From NCBI GenBank assembly GCA_045597005.1, contig JAZODJ010000022.1, positions 51,379 to 115,378 of the forward strand: DNA of 64,000 nt. The letters are read 5' to 3'. The position numbers were made by a program, and so were the translations under genes. The notes beneath the pieces are model-generated. The model did not search any database. It was not told where the DNA came from and was given only the letters and a program-made list of their open reading frames with translations. How positions within the stretch are numbered: position 1 is the first letter of the stretch; the number at the start of each line of letters is the position of its first letter. This document shows positions 20,331 to 30,545 of the stretch, piece by piece. The DNA comes from Alphaproteobacteria bacterium. Lineage in GTDB: Bacteria; Pseudomonadota; Alphaproteobacteria; RF32; CAG-239.

Positions 20331-23300
20331 ATGTCTGAAGTAAAGATGAAAATGATGGATGGTAACGAAGCTGCTGCTTCTGTTGCTCACCGCATGAATG
20401 AAGTCTGCGTTATCTACCCGATTACTCCATCTTCTCCGATGGGTGAATGGGCTGATGCGTGGTCTGCTGCTAAACAAAAAAACCTTTGGGGCGTTGTTCC
20501 TGAAGTTCAGGAAATGCAATCTGAAGCTGGTGCTGCCGGTGCTTGCCATGGTTCAATCCAAGCAGGTGCTTTAACCACCACCTTTACGGCTTCTCAAGGT
20601 TTGCTCTTGATGATTCCAAACATGTATAAAATTGCCGGTGAATTAAGCCCGTTTGTTATGCATGTTGCTGCACGTTCTTTGGCTTATCATGCTTTGTCAA
20701 TTTTTGGCGACCACTCTGATGTTATGTCTTGCCGCCAAACAGGTTTTGCAATGCTTTGTTCAAACTCTGTTCAAGAAGCCCATGACCTTGCCGCAATTGC
20801 TCAAACAGCAACCTTGCGTTCACGTGTTCCGTTTATGCATTTCTTTGATGGTTTCCGTACTTCTCACGAAATCAAAAAGATTAATTTGTTGTCTGATGAT
20901 GATTTGCGTGCAATGTTAGAAGGTGTTGACTACCAATTCAATGCCAAAAATGCTCTTCGTCCGGAAGCTCCTGTTTTGCGTGGTACAGCTCAAAACCCTG
21001 ATGTATTCTTCCAAGGTCGTGAAGCTTGCAACAAATTCTACAACGCCGTTGAAGATATTGTTCAAGAAGAAATGGACAAGTTTGCTAAAATTTCAGGTCG
21101 CAAATACAATGTTGTTGACTATGTTGGTCCTGAAGATGCCGAACAAGTTATTGTTATTATGGGGTCCGGTGCCGAAACAGTTGAAGAAGCAATCGCTTAC
21201 TTAAACAACAATGGCTATAAGGTTGGTCTTTTGAAAGTTCATCTGTACCGTCCGTTCCCTGAAAAATCATTCATGAATGCTTTGCCGAAATCTGTCAAAG
21301 TTGTTAACGTATTGGATAGAACAAAAGAATCAGGTTCTATCGGTGAACCTTTGTACTTGGATGTTGTTGCAACATTGACTCATGCATTCGCTGACGGCAA
21401 AATCTCTGCAATGCCTCGCATTTATGGCGGTCGCTACGGTTTGTCTTCAAAAGAATTCACTCCGGGTATGGTTCGTGCAGTTTATGACAATGGCGCATCA
21501 ATGAAACCAATTAACAGTTTCTCAGTCGGTATTAATGATGATGTAAACAACACATCTTTACCATACAATGACGATATCGATACCGAAGGCAAAGATGTTG
21601 TTCGTGCTGTATTCTTTGGTTTGGGTGCTGATGGTACCGTTGGTGCAAACAAAAACTCAATCAAAATTATTGCTGAAGATGCCGGAAAATATGGTCAAGG
21701 TTACTTTGTTTACGATTCTCGTAAATCAGGCTCTATGACTACATCTCACTTGCGTTTTTCTGACAATCCGATTAAAGCTGCTTATTTGATTAACAAAGCA
21801 GACTTTGTTGCTTGTCACCAATTCCCGTTCATGGCAAAAGTTGATATTTTGAAAATCGCCAAACCAGGCGCAACATTCTTGTTAAATGCTCCATATTCTG
21901 CAGATGAAGTATGGAATCATCTTCCTCGCGAAGTTCAACAAGAAATCATCGAGAAAAAACTCGAGTTCTACACAATTAACGCTGTAGAAGTTGCCCGTGA
22001 AACCGGTATGGGACAACGCATTAACACCATCATGCAGGCTTGTTTCTTTGCAATTTCTAACATCTTGCCGAAAGATGAAGCTATTGCTCAGATCAAAAAC
22101 GCTATTAAGAAAACATATTCTAAAAAAGGTGATGCAATCGTTCAAAAGAACTTTGCTGCCGTTGATGCTTCTTTGGCTCATATGCACAAAGTTGAATACC
22201 CCAATGAAGTTACTTCAACCTTCAGTCGTTTGCTTCCTGTTCCGGCAGATGCTCCTGAGTTTATCCGCAAAGTTACAGGTGAAATCATTGCTGATCGCGG
22301 TAATGAACTTCCTGTTTCTGCTTTCAACGAAGTTGTAGACGGAACATGGCCGACAGGTACAACTCAATATGAAAAACGTTGTATCGCTACCGAAATTCCG
22401 GTCTGGGATGCTGAAAGTTGTATCCAATGCGGCAAATGTTCTCTCGTTTGTCCTCACGGCGTTATTCGTATGAAGGTTGCAACAGATGCCGAATTGGCTT
22501 CTGCTCCTGCAACTTTGAAATCAGCTCCGTATAAGGGTAAAGAGTTTGCTGATAAGAAATTTATCTTGCAAATTACTCCTGAAGATTGTACCGGTTGCGG
22601 AATCTGCGTATCTGCTTGTCCTGCAAAGAACAAAGCAAATCCTGAATTGCATGCAATCAATATGGATCACATCGAAAATCATTTGGATGCTGAAAAAGAA
22701 AATTGGAAGTTCTTTGAAACTTTACCATACGTAAAACGTACCGAAGTTGCTAAAAACTTGCCGAAAACCACTCAAATGATTCAACCTTTGTTTGAATTCT
22801 CTGGTGCTTGTGCCGGCTGCGGTGAAACTCCTTATGTTAAGTTGTTGACACAATTGTTTGGTGACAGAATGGTGGTTGCCAATGCAACAGGTTGTTCTTC
22901 AATTTACTCTGGTAACTTGCCGACAACTCCATATGCTAAAGATGAAAAAGGTCATGGTCCGGCTTGGGCAAACTCTTTGTTTGAAGACAACGCTGAGTTT
23001 GGTCTTGGTATGCGTTTCTCAATCGATCAACAAACATCTTTTGCTAAGCAATTGTTAGAAGGCTTAAAAGATAAAGTCGGCGCTGATTTAGCAGACAAAT
23101 TGTTGAATAACCCGCAATCAAATGATATCGAAATTGACAATCAACGTGATTTCGTTGCCGAATTGCGCACCAAGTTAGCAACAATTAACACAGCCGAAGC
23201 TAAACATCTTGATAAATTAGCCGACTACCTCATCAAAAAATCTGTATGGATTTTAGGTGGTGACGGTTGGGCTTATGATATCGGTTTCGGCGGTCTTGAC

Positions 23301-23891
23301 CATGCTATTGCATCCGGCAAAAATATCAACATCTTGGTTATGGATACAGGTGTTTACTCTAATACCGGTGGCCAACAATCAAAAGCAACTCCTATGGGTG
23401 CTTCTGCTAAGTTTGCTACAGCCGGTAAAGCAATCCCGAAAAAAGACTTGGGTATGATAGCTATGTCTTACGGCAATGTTTACGTAGCTCAAGTTTCAAT
23501 CGGTGCCAATGACACACAAGTAATCAAAGCTTTGAACGAAGCTGAAGCTTACGATGGTCCGTCATTGATTATTGCTTACTCACATTGTATCGCTCAAGGT
23601 TTCAACTTGGCAGATGGTTTGAATCACCAAAAAGCTGCCGTTGAATCAGGTTCTTGGCCTTTGTATCGTTACAATCCTGAAAACGTTAGCGCCGGCAAAG
23701 CTCCTTTGAGTCTCGACTCAAAAGCTCCGACCAAACCATTGGCTGAATATATGGCCAATGAAACACGTTTCCAGATTGTAAACAAACAAAATCCGGAACG
23801 TTATGAAACTTTGGTAAACAAAGCTCAAGAAAACGTAAACGAAAAACGTTCACTTCTTGAACATATGGCTGAGTTCAAAGTAGCTGAATAA
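20331..23891 (+). CDS. nifJ: Pyruvate:ferredoxin (flavodoxin) oxidoreductase, single-chain NifJ/PFOR type
   Basis: 1186 aa. N-terminus MDGNEAAASVAHRMNEVCVIYPITPSSPMGE. Two 4Fe-4S ferredoxin motifs (CIQCGKCSLVCP, CTGCGICVSACP). The TPP-binding region reads GGDGWAYDIGFGGLDH. Confidence 0.95.
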   Translation: MSEVKMKMMDGNEAAASVAHRMNEVCVIYPITPSSPMGEWADAWSAAKQKNLWGVVPEVQEMQSEAGAAGACHGSIQAGALTTTFTASQGLLLMIPNMYKIAGELSPFVMHVAARSLAYHALSIFGDHSDVMSCRQTGFAMLCSNSVQEAHDLAAIAQTATLRSRVPFMHFFDGFRTSHEIKKINLLSDDDLRAMLEGVDYQFNAKNALRPEAPVLRGTAQNPDVFFQGREACNKFYNAVEDIVQEEMDKFAKISGRKYNVVDYVGPEDAEQVIVIMGSGAETVEEAIAYLNNNGYKVGLLKVHLYRPFPEKSFMNALPKSVKVVNVLDRTKESGSIGEPLYLDVVATLTHAFADGKISAMPRIYGGRYGLSSKEFTPGMVRAVYDNGASMKPINSFSVGINDDVNNTSLPYNDDIDTEGKDVVRAVFFGLGADGTVGANKNSIKIIAEDAGKYGQGYFVYDSRKSGSMTTSHLRFSDNPIKAAYLINKADFVACHQFPFMAKVDILKIAKPGATFLLNAPYSADEVWNHLPREVQQEIIEKKLEFYTINAVEVARETGMGQRINTIMQACFFAISNILPKDEAIAQIKNAIKKTYSKKGDAIVQKNFAAVDASLAHMHKVEYPNEVTSTFSRLLPVPADAPEFIRKVTGEIIADRGNELPVSAFNEVVDGTWPTGTTQYEKRCIATEIPVWDAESCIQCGKCSLVCPHGVIRMKVATDAELASAPATLKSAPYKGKEFADKKFILQITPEDCTGCGICVSACPAKNKANPELHAINMDHIENHLDAEKENWKFFETLPYVKRTEVAKNLPKTTQMIQPLFEFSGACAGCGETPYVKLLTQLFGDRMVVANATGCSSIYSGNLPTTPYAKDEKGHGPAWANSLFEDNAEFGLGMRFSIDQQTSFAKQLLEGLKDKVGADLADKLLNNPQSNDIEIDNQRDFVAELRTKLATINTAEAKHLDKLADYLIKKSVWILGGDGWAYDIGFGGLDHAIASGKNINILVMDTGVYSNTGGQQSKATPMGASAKFATAGKAIPKKDLGMIAMSYGNVYVAQVSIGANDTQVIKALNEAEAYDGPSLIIAYSHCIAQGFNLADGLNHQKAAVESGSWPLYRYNPENVSAGKAPLSLDSKAPTKPLAEYMANETRFQIVNKQNPERYETLVNKAQENVNEKRSLLEHMAEFKVAE

Positions 23892-23910
23892 GCTATTCTG
23901 AACGATGCAA

Positions 23911-23942
23911 AGAAAGCTCTAATCATTCGATTAGAGCTTTCT
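23911..23942. terminator. Rho-independent terminator after nifJ
   Basis: agaaagctctaatc / attc / gattagagctttct is a 14-bp perfect stem. A second hairpin (aaaaacctct...agaggttttt) at about 23962-24000 serves the convergent minus-strand gene. Confidence 0.7.
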
Positions 23943-24015
23943 TAATAAAAATTCCAAAAGAAAAACCTCTGGTCCTTTTTAAGAGACGAGAGGTTTTTCT
24001 TTAAAATCTACTTGA

Positions 24016-24996
24016 CTAAATCACCAAGCCTTTGGCTTCCAATTTCTTCAAGATTCTGTTCATAAACACAGCCTCTTGAGTAGAAAATTGGTTAGGCTTG
24101 ATAACCTGTTGCAACATTGCATGGCGGTCATTATAGAGCTTCATTCCTGTCTCAGGATCAATTTTTACCAACTTCCACATCTTGTGGTTTCCAAAGTAAC
24201 CACAATAGCCCCTCAATAAAAGATCGACTATGATGCTGGATCTGGGATGATCCAAAAGTTTTTCGACAGGAAGTCCGAGCTGTTTACCGGGGTCTCTTCG
24301 AAACGACAAAACAACATTTGCCAAAATCTTATCAACAGCATAAGTATTGATATCAAATACTTCACTATCAAACAATTTTGCACTTTGTTCTAATGTCGGT
24401 GTCTCAAAGACCAAAAATTCCATTTCCGGCAACTGAGGAACCAACACCTGAGCGGCATACATGGAATATCCGTTTCCGGTAATCAGCAACACTCTGGGTT
24501 TATGTTTGCACCCAAACTTTCGAACCGAAATTTTAAGCTCAAACACTTTATCCTCTGTTATTCCGCAAGGATGTTGCTTGTATTGCATTACCCAATCCTC
24601 AGGAAACCCCAAATGCACCATCTTCTCGGCATACCAATCCCCCATTTCGCAACGTTGGCGATACATACCTTTGCCATCTCCGATCGCCAAAAAATACGGA
24701 AAATTACCATATTTATCACGATATCGAACAGCAATTTCTGCAGCATACTCCAACGCTCTCGGCGAATTCCCCCAAACCAACATAATGTCAGCTTCAGGAA
24801 TATTTTTGTAACCGAAAGATTTAACCTTAGTATCATCATCACTTAAAAAAGTCGAAAAATTTCCGCCTCCTTTTTTGTGATCTTCACTAATGACTTCTGA
24901 AATATCCAAAGCACCGCTGGAGATATTATAACTTCCCCAACGTTCCATATAGGCTAAATGAAGAATATCCTTCTTATTCAAACTCATCGTAGCCAT
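24016..24996 (-). CDS. Hypothetical protein, paralog pair member A (possible DUF218/YdcF-like fold)
   Basis: 326 aa. It shares collinear blocks with the upstream ORF: ADIMLVWGNSPRALEYAAEIAV vs VDAVLVVADNPRAAAEAAVFMH, and RVLLITGNGYSMYAAQVLVPQLPEMEFLVFETP vs NIVVFSSRGFATLVAQELLCQLPKVNWKFFENP. The family assignment is a guess. Confidence 0.4.
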   Translation of the reverse strand: MATMSLNKKDILHLAYMERWGSYNISSGALDISEVISEDHKKGGGNFSTFLSDDDTKVKSFGYKNIPEADIMLVWGNSPRALEYAAEIAVRYRDKYGNFPYFLAIGDGKGMYRQRCEMGDWYAEKMVHLGFPEDWVMQYKQHPCGITEDKVFELKISVRKFGCKHKPRVLLITGNGYSMYAAQVLVPQLPEMEFLVFETPTLEQSAKLFDSEVFDINTYAVDKILANVVLSFRRDPGKQLGLPVEKLLDHPRSSIIVDLLLRGYCGYFGNHKMWKLVKIDPETGMKLYNDRHAMLQQVIKPNQFSTQEAVFMNRILKKLEAKGLVI

Positions 24997-26024
24997 ATAT
25001 CATCCTCCATTTTAAACTGTTGGACAATACGCTCAATTTGAGCATCGATTCGCTCTGGATCTTCAAGAAGATGCATTACTTCCTCTTGTCTGTTAAATGA
25101 CATTTCAATGCCACTCATGACATCAAAACCATAAAACATCCAATCCTGATAAGACGTCATTGCTGCAGCATAGCCTTTTTCAAGGGTTTTCTTTACCACA
25201 CAAAGTTCATCTTTGGTAATGTCATTGTTTGCATACAAAGGCAACTTCTTGACATACCACCCCATGTGAGATTTCGAAATATTAGCAATCATCAAATCAA
25301 TTGCCAACCCTTCCGGACCGATGATTTCTGCATCGAAGATTCGATTTTCCTCCAGTACAACCGGATTCTCAAAGAACTTCCAATTAACCTTAGGAAGCTG
25401 ACACAACAACTCTTGAGCCACCAAAGTCGCAAAACCGCGTGATGAAAACACTACAATGTTTTTCAACTTTGAATACTTCTCAAGTGTTGCCTTGATACCT
25501 TCAATATTACCCTCACTGTAATCAGGCGATATAAAGTTCAAGATCTCTGCCGAAACCCCGAGCTTCTGCATAATTTGCATACATACATCAACCATACTAT
25601 ATGCAAACTTCAATCGTTGTGGTGTACAAAATCCGGGAGTAAAGATGACACACGGATAAACACCAAACTTATGCACCTGATTATGCATAAACACCGCAGC
25701 CTCAGCAGCAGCTCTTGGATTATCAGCTACGACCAAAACCGCATCAACGGGCTTGTCATTACCGAAAATCGATACCATCTTTACCGGAATCAACGATTCT
25801 TTCTTAATACGACGGAAATTTTCAATTGAAAGCATGGTCTCCCAGCTCATCACTGCTCGTCTTTTATAAGTCGAGACATCCACAGTTTTTAATTTTGCCA
25901 TAGATTTCTTTTTTTTAGTTAAAAATAGAGAACTCATAATTTTTTTGATGCAAAGTTGATACAACCTTTTTAGACAAAAATCAAGACAAAAATATTGACG
26001 AACAAATAAAAATATGTTTATCAT
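24984..26024 (-). CDS. Hypothetical protein, paralog pair member B
   Basis: Overlaps member A by 13 nt. The true start is probably internal (MAKLKTVDV, ATG at 25899-25901, or M30), because the first ~40 codons are low-complexity and AT-rich. Confidence 0.4.
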   Translation of the reverse strand: MINIFLFVRQYFCLDFCLKRLYQLCIKKIMSSLFLTKKKKSMAKLKTVDVSTYKRRAVMSWETMLSIENFRRIKKESLIPVKMVSIFGNDKPVDAVLVVADNPRAAAEAAVFMHNQVHKFGVYPCVIFTPGFCTPQRLKFAYSMVDVCMQIMQKLGVSAEILNFISPDYSEGNIEGIKATLEKYSKLKNIVVFSSRGFATLVAQELLCQLPKVNWKFFENPVVLEENRIFDAEIIGPEGLAIDLMIANISKSHMGWYVKKLPLYANNDITKDELCVVKKTLEKGYAAAMTSYQDWMFYGFDVMSGIEMSFNRQEEVMHLLEDPERIDAQIERIVQQFKMEDDIWLR

Positions 26025-26057
26025 TGAATATCAAACAAATATAAAACATAAATTACT

Positions 26058-26726
26058 ATGAAACATGAGTTTATACCTAAAGATGCAGTAATTCAAAATG
26101 AAACTGCCGCCAGAATGCATATTCCACAACTGGCAAATATGAACATTAACTACATTCCTTGTCTGTTACTGTTTGACAATATCGACAATCTGGAAACAGA
26201 TGTTGCATTTTGTTGGAAAGGAACTCTTGAAGACAAAACAGAAATATTTATCTTCGCTTTTGAAGATGATAAATATTTGATGGGAGAATTTGATAATTAT
26301 GAAATTATAAATCTTTCACAAGAAAGTACTTTCATAATCGGGGATCGAATTTTCACATTAAAACATTCTTATAGAGGATATGAGTTAATGGAATTATCTT
26401 ATGTCTATTCTGAACTTCAAGTACGCTCTATAGCTCATGTTTTGGACATAGAAACGGACTTGATTTGGAACATTTGTTTGGGATATTATGAACAAAAACC
26501 TCTCTGTTATGTATGGAGAGGACAAACAATTAACCACGAGGGAACCTTCATCATTCCTATTTTTGGATGTGATGCCGACAAAGTCGAATTCATTGAAGAA
26601 TTCAAGGTAATCAACAACGAAAGAACCATAATAACCGATAATGGTATATTTGAAGTTGGTTCATCCGATAAAGAAGGAAAAATTCTCAAGAAAATTTGTT
26701 CTGCGGTTAAAAGCCTGCCATCTTGA
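26058..26726 (+). CDS. Hypothetical protein with apparent internal duplication
   Basis: 222 aa, divergent from the paralog pair. Its two halves share a pattern: W.G....TEIFIFAFEDDKYLMGEFDNYEIIN vs WRGQ...GTFIIPIFGCDADKVEFIEEFKVIN. No family recognised. Confidence 0.4.
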   Translation: MKHEFIPKDAVIQNETAARMHIPQLANMNINYIPCLLLFDNIDNLETDVAFCWKGTLEDKTEIFIFAFEDDKYLMGEFDNYEIINLSQESTFIIGDRIFTLKHSYRGYELMELSYVYSELQVRSIAHVLDIETDLIWNICLGYYEQKPLCYVWRGQTINHEGTFIIPIFGCDADKVEFIEEFKVINNERTIITDNGIFEVGSSDKEGKILKKICSAVKSLPS

Positions 26727-26748
26727 TATCAAGAGGCAGGCTTTGCCT

Positions 26749-27882
26749 TTATTTTAACTTATCCGGATTTAATCCTTGCAATTCTTTTATAACAAACAAT
26801 CCGTCTTTTCTGATTAAAACATCATCAAACCAAATTTCGCCACCGCCATGAGCCTTGTCTTGAATCAATACCAAATCCCAATGCACACTGGAACAATTTC
26901 CGTTAAATGTTTCATCACTGTATGAATTACCGATTGCCATATGAAGCGAACAAGCTATTTTTTCATCAAACAAAATATCAAGCATTTCTTTTCTTATATA
27001 TGGATTTATGCCAATAGCAAACTCACCCATATATCTGGCCCCCTCATCTGTCTGAAGTAATTTTTGCAATTTGTCATTATTAGCTTTCGATTCGGCCTTT
27101 ACAATTTTTCCGTTCACAAACTCTAAATATACATTTGAATAAAACACCCCTTCATACAAAGTATCAGTATTAAACTGAATATATCCGTTAATTGAATCCT
27201 TAACCGGAGCAGTATAAACTTCACCATCAGGAATATTCATTTTTCCATCGCTGGCAATAGCTTTCAAACCTTTTATCGAAAAATTCAAATCTGTATTTGG
27301 CCCCTTAATTCTGACCTTGTCTGTTTTATCCATCAATTTTTTCAACGGCGACATGGCCTTTCCCATTTTTGCATAATCGACCAAACAACAATCAAAATAA
27401 AAATCTTCTAATTTTTCACGCGACATTTTTGACACCGCTGCCATCGTATCATTCGGATATCTCATAACACACCACCGCGTATTGGGGATACGAGCATCAA
27501 AATGCACAATATTATAATAAATATCACTATAATACTTCATTTTTGCGGGTGGAATATCTGACATTGCAAACAAATCATCATATCCTCTCACTGCTACATA
27601 GCAATCCATCTGGTCCATCAAAGCCCTATGCATTTTTGCATATTCTCTCACTTGCTCAGCATTAGCATAAGACATCAAATTCTTTACAAATGAATTATCA
27701 TTATAAAAATAAAACGGCGTTGCTCCCATTTTAGAAGCCAAACGAATAAATTCATTAAACAAATCTTTGGTTGAAGCACTAAAAGCTTCAATATAAATTT
27801 TTTCGCCTTTTTTCAACTTAACCGAATTTTTCAAAACACTTTCAGCTAACTTCGTAAGTCTTTCATCAATTTTCATTATCAC
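26749..27882 (-). CDS. Aminopeptidase, M29 (AmpS/PepS) family
   Basis: GEFAIGINP, HMAIGNSY and VHWDLV motifs, at about 370 aa, are typical of thermophilic-metalloprotease M29 aminopeptidases. Confidence 0.75.
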   Translation of the reverse strand: MIMKIDERLTKLAESVLKNSVKLKKGEKIYIEAFSASTKDLFNEFIRLASKMGATPFYFYNDNSFVKNLMSYANAEQVREYAKMHRALMDQMDCYVAVRGYDDLFAMSDIPPAKMKYYSDIYYNIVHFDARIPNTRWCVMRYPNDTMAAVSKMSREKLEDFYFDCCLVDYAKMGKAMSPLKKLMDKTDKVRIKGPNTDLNFSIKGLKAIASDGKMNIPDGEVYTAPVKDSINGYIQFNTDTLYEGVFYSNVYLEFVNGKIVKAESKANNDKLQKLLQTDEGARYMGEFAIGINPYIRKEMLDILFDEKIACSLHMAIGNSYSDETFNGNCSSVHWDLVLIQDKAHGGGEIWFDDVLIRKDGLFVIKELQGLNPDKLK

Positions 27883-29294
27883 AATCCTTTAATCAATTCA
27901 TTCAATAATTTAACTCCAAAACCCGAAGCTAACCCTGTCTTATCCAAACGCATACCGCTCATATCAATATGAGCCCATTTTTGCCCTTTTTCAACAAAAC
28001 CACTCAAAAACGATGCCGAAACGACAGACGATTTACCATCCGAAGAAATATTACGCACATCTGCAACCTTTGATTTGAGCATTGCATCATATTTTTTATC
28101 CAAAGGCATCATCCATAATTTTTCACCACATCTATCACCGGCTTTTATCAAATCTTTTATCAACTTATCATCATTACCGAATATTCCGGCATACACATTA
28201 CCCAACACATTTTTTAATGCGCCTAATGTAGAAATATCAATAATTTTTCTTAATTTATAATTTTTTTGCAAATAAGCCAAACAATCTGCAACAATCAAAC
28301 ATCCCTCTGCATCTGCATTCATAATTTCAACTGTTTTTCCGGCATAAGAAGAATAAATATCCCCGATTTTCATAGCTGCACTTCCGGACATATTTTCAAC
28401 CAATCCGACGATTGCCACTAAATTTTTACGCACACGTTGCAACGCCATTGCCTTCATTACAGCCACAACAGCAGCCGCTCCGGCCATATCCATTTTCATT
28501 TCAACCATTCCGGCATTACTTTTTAATGATAATCCACCGGCATCAAAACAAACACCTTTACCGACCAAACCTAAATCATACGAACTGTCAGCTCTATTTC
28601 CTTTCCAAGAAATTACAACCACTTTAGGCGAATTAACAGATCCTTTGCCTACAGCCTCAATCAAACCGAAACCTTTAATATTTATATTATCAGCATCATA
28701 AATTTCTACATCAAGTCCAAGATACTCAAGTCTTTTAATATCTGCAGCAAAAACTTCCGGTGTTAAATAATTGGCCGGCTCATTACACAAATCTTTACAA
28801 TATCTTATTGCATTAACCATTGCCAAAAAAGGCTTAAAGTTTTCTGTTGTTTTATCAGGTTCTGCAACCCTCAACTCTATCTTTTCCAGTTTTGTATATT
28901 CTTCTGCTTTTTTTTCCGTCTTATATTTATCAAAACTATATGACCCTTGCAAAATTCCATACGCCAAATTTATTGCGGTATTGTCATCTTTAGATATTAT
29001 ATACGCATCTTCATCATTAAATAACTTTTCAAACAACTCAACACCGACTTCTTGTAAAGATAAATCCGTTTTCTCTTTACCCAAACCAACCAATATTATT
29101 TTTGAATTTCCACCATAAACATCAACAAATTGCTTAAACTTACCTTCAAAGTTTGTTTGAAAAATCGCCCTTTCTAATATTTCTGCCTCATCCTCCGACA
29201 AAAAATCAACAACAGCTTCTTCACCTTCATACATAGTTACTACTTTAGCCTGATTATCTTTCGGGCTTTTATTATTAAAAATAACTTCCAACAT
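27879..29294 (-). CDS. pepA: Leucyl aminopeptidase (M17)
   Basis: VGKGVCFDAGGLSLK, MKMDMAGAAAV and NADAEGCLIVADCL (a variant of NTDAEGRL). 4-nt overlap with the downstream M29 gene. Confidence 0.85.
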   Translation of the reverse strand: MLEVIFNNKSPKDNQAKVVTMYEGEEAVVDFLSEDEAEILERAIFQTNFEGKFKQFVDVYGGNSKIILVGLGKEKTDLSLQEVGVELFEKLFNDEDAYIISKDDNTAINLAYGILQGSYSFDKYKTEKKAEEYTKLEKIELRVAEPDKTTENFKPFLAMVNAIRYCKDLCNEPANYLTPEVFAADIKRLEYLGLDVEIYDADNINIKGFGLIEAVGKGSVNSPKVVVISWKGNRADSSYDLGLVGKGVCFDAGGLSLKSNAGMVEMKMDMAGAAAVVAVMKAMALQRVRKNLVAIVGLVENMSGSAAMKIGDIYSSYAGKTVEIMNADAEGCLIVADCLAYLQKNYKLRKIIDISTLGALKNVLGNVYAGIFGNDDKLIKDLIKAGDRCGEKLWMMPLDKKYDAMLKSKVADVRNISSDGKSSVVSASFLSGFVEKGQKWAHIDMSGMRLDKTGLASGFGVKLLNELIKGL

Positions 29295-29450
29295 ATTAAT
29301 ATCTCCTACTCCAAAGGATTCATATATTTATTCATATTAAATATTTTTTTTTAAAATAAAACCATAAAAAGCAATCTACTCAATTAAATGTATAGACAAA
29401 ACTGATTAAATGTGCTATTTTTAGACAAAATAAACTTTTTGGATAAGATA

Positions 29451-30545
29451 ATGAGCAAAGCGCGTAAAATTTTAACCGAAAAAATCAAAGATGAAAATTA
29501 CGCCAGACACTGGGTTAAAGCATTCTATAACTTAGCTCAAGAAAAAGATCGTTGTGCAAAAATGTATAAAGATGCTATTTCCGTAATTATCAACGGCTAC
29601 CCTGATGACAACGCTCCCAAGCACTACTTTCCGACAACAATTTCTACCGAAACAAACACATTTGAAAAGCATCGTTTTCTAAAATTATTAACCAGTATTG
29701 ATTTTGAAGGACTTTACTTTCCCATTGCTGAAGAAGATCTATCCCCAATATACTTAAACGCCCTACATAATTCTGCCGAAACATCAACAATTTCCTATTC
29801 CGAAGATACATACAATTTGAATACTATCCCTCAATGGAAAGTTATGAAAAAATTTTCATCTTTTCGCAGCATGCGAAAAATGGTATGCTCTCGCCTGTCG
29901 GAACTGAAAATTGCTCCGGACAAATTACCGGAATTACACCATAACGATATATTACATATAATAAGACAACATAATATTGCACATCCTGAACAGGCAATGC
30001 CATGTCGTCGAACAAAATTCTTAAAAATGTTTGCAGCCTGTTATGGTGAAGATTTTGTTCGTATTGAGTCATATTTCGGAAGAAAAAAACAAGCTTTAGA
30101 TTTTTTAGCATATATCACTTATCTTGGAACAGCTAAAAAAACACCTCCTGAGATACGACAATCTGCCGAATTATACAATGTTCATCATGGTAATTGGCGT
30201 ACAGATGCCAAAAGCAATACCAACGGCAAACTCACCCTTTGCAATAAAGAATTCCACGCAATGCTCCATTATTTGAAAAAAAATATTAATCCGCAAATCG
30301 TTTATTTTGGCACTTTTTCTCCTTATTTTCACATCAAAAGAGATTTTCAAAAAGAACATTTATACGCCTGTGGTGAAATTTCCGATTACAAAATTCCAGA
30401 TAATCAATTCTTTGATACTGATTATAGCAGACAAAATAATAAACACCCTAAAAAGAACAAACAAAAAAACAAAAATAAAGATCACAAAGAAATAACACAT
30501 CGTATTCCCCGAAATAATCGTTGTAGCAGAAGAGGAAGTCGCTAA
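29451..30545 (+). CDS. Hypothetical protein with C-terminal HNH-like nuclease motif and lysine-rich tail
   Basis: LYNVHHGNWRTDAKSNTNGKLTLCNKEFHAMLHY fits the HH...N...H..H spacing of HNH/EndoVII nucleases. The tail reads KHPKKNKQKNKNKDHK. Start chosen at ATG 29451; the track starts at 29412. Confidence 0.4.
   Translation: MSKARKILTEKIKDENYARHWVKAFYNLAQEKDRCAKMYKDAISVIINGYPDDNAPKHYFPTTISTETNTFEKHRFLKLLTSIDFEGLYFPIAEEDLSPIYLNALHNSAETSTISYSEDTYNLNTIPQWKVMKKFSSFRSMRKMVCSRLSELKIAPDKLPELHHNDILHIIRQHNIAHPEQAMPCRRTKFLKMFAACYGEDFVRIESYFGRKKQALDFLAYITYLGTAKKTPPEIRQSAELYNVHHGNWRTDAKSNTNGKLTLCNKEFHAMLHYLKKNINPQIVYFGTFSPYFHIKRDFQKEHLYACGEISDYKIPDNQFFDTDYSRQNNKHPKKNKQKNKNKDHKEITHRIPRNNRCSRRGSR

Noticed and set aside
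7304-23457. Numerous 60-150 aa antisense ORFs in the track, e.g. 7304..7642, 8539..8886, 10136..10585, 14304..14555, 20653..21204, 21882..22660, 23257..23457
   Set aside because: Each lies opposite a strongly supported conserved gene (clpX, clpP, tig, prfC, nifJ). Their composition is low-complexity or reverse-codon. They are shadow ORFs typical of AT-rich genomes.
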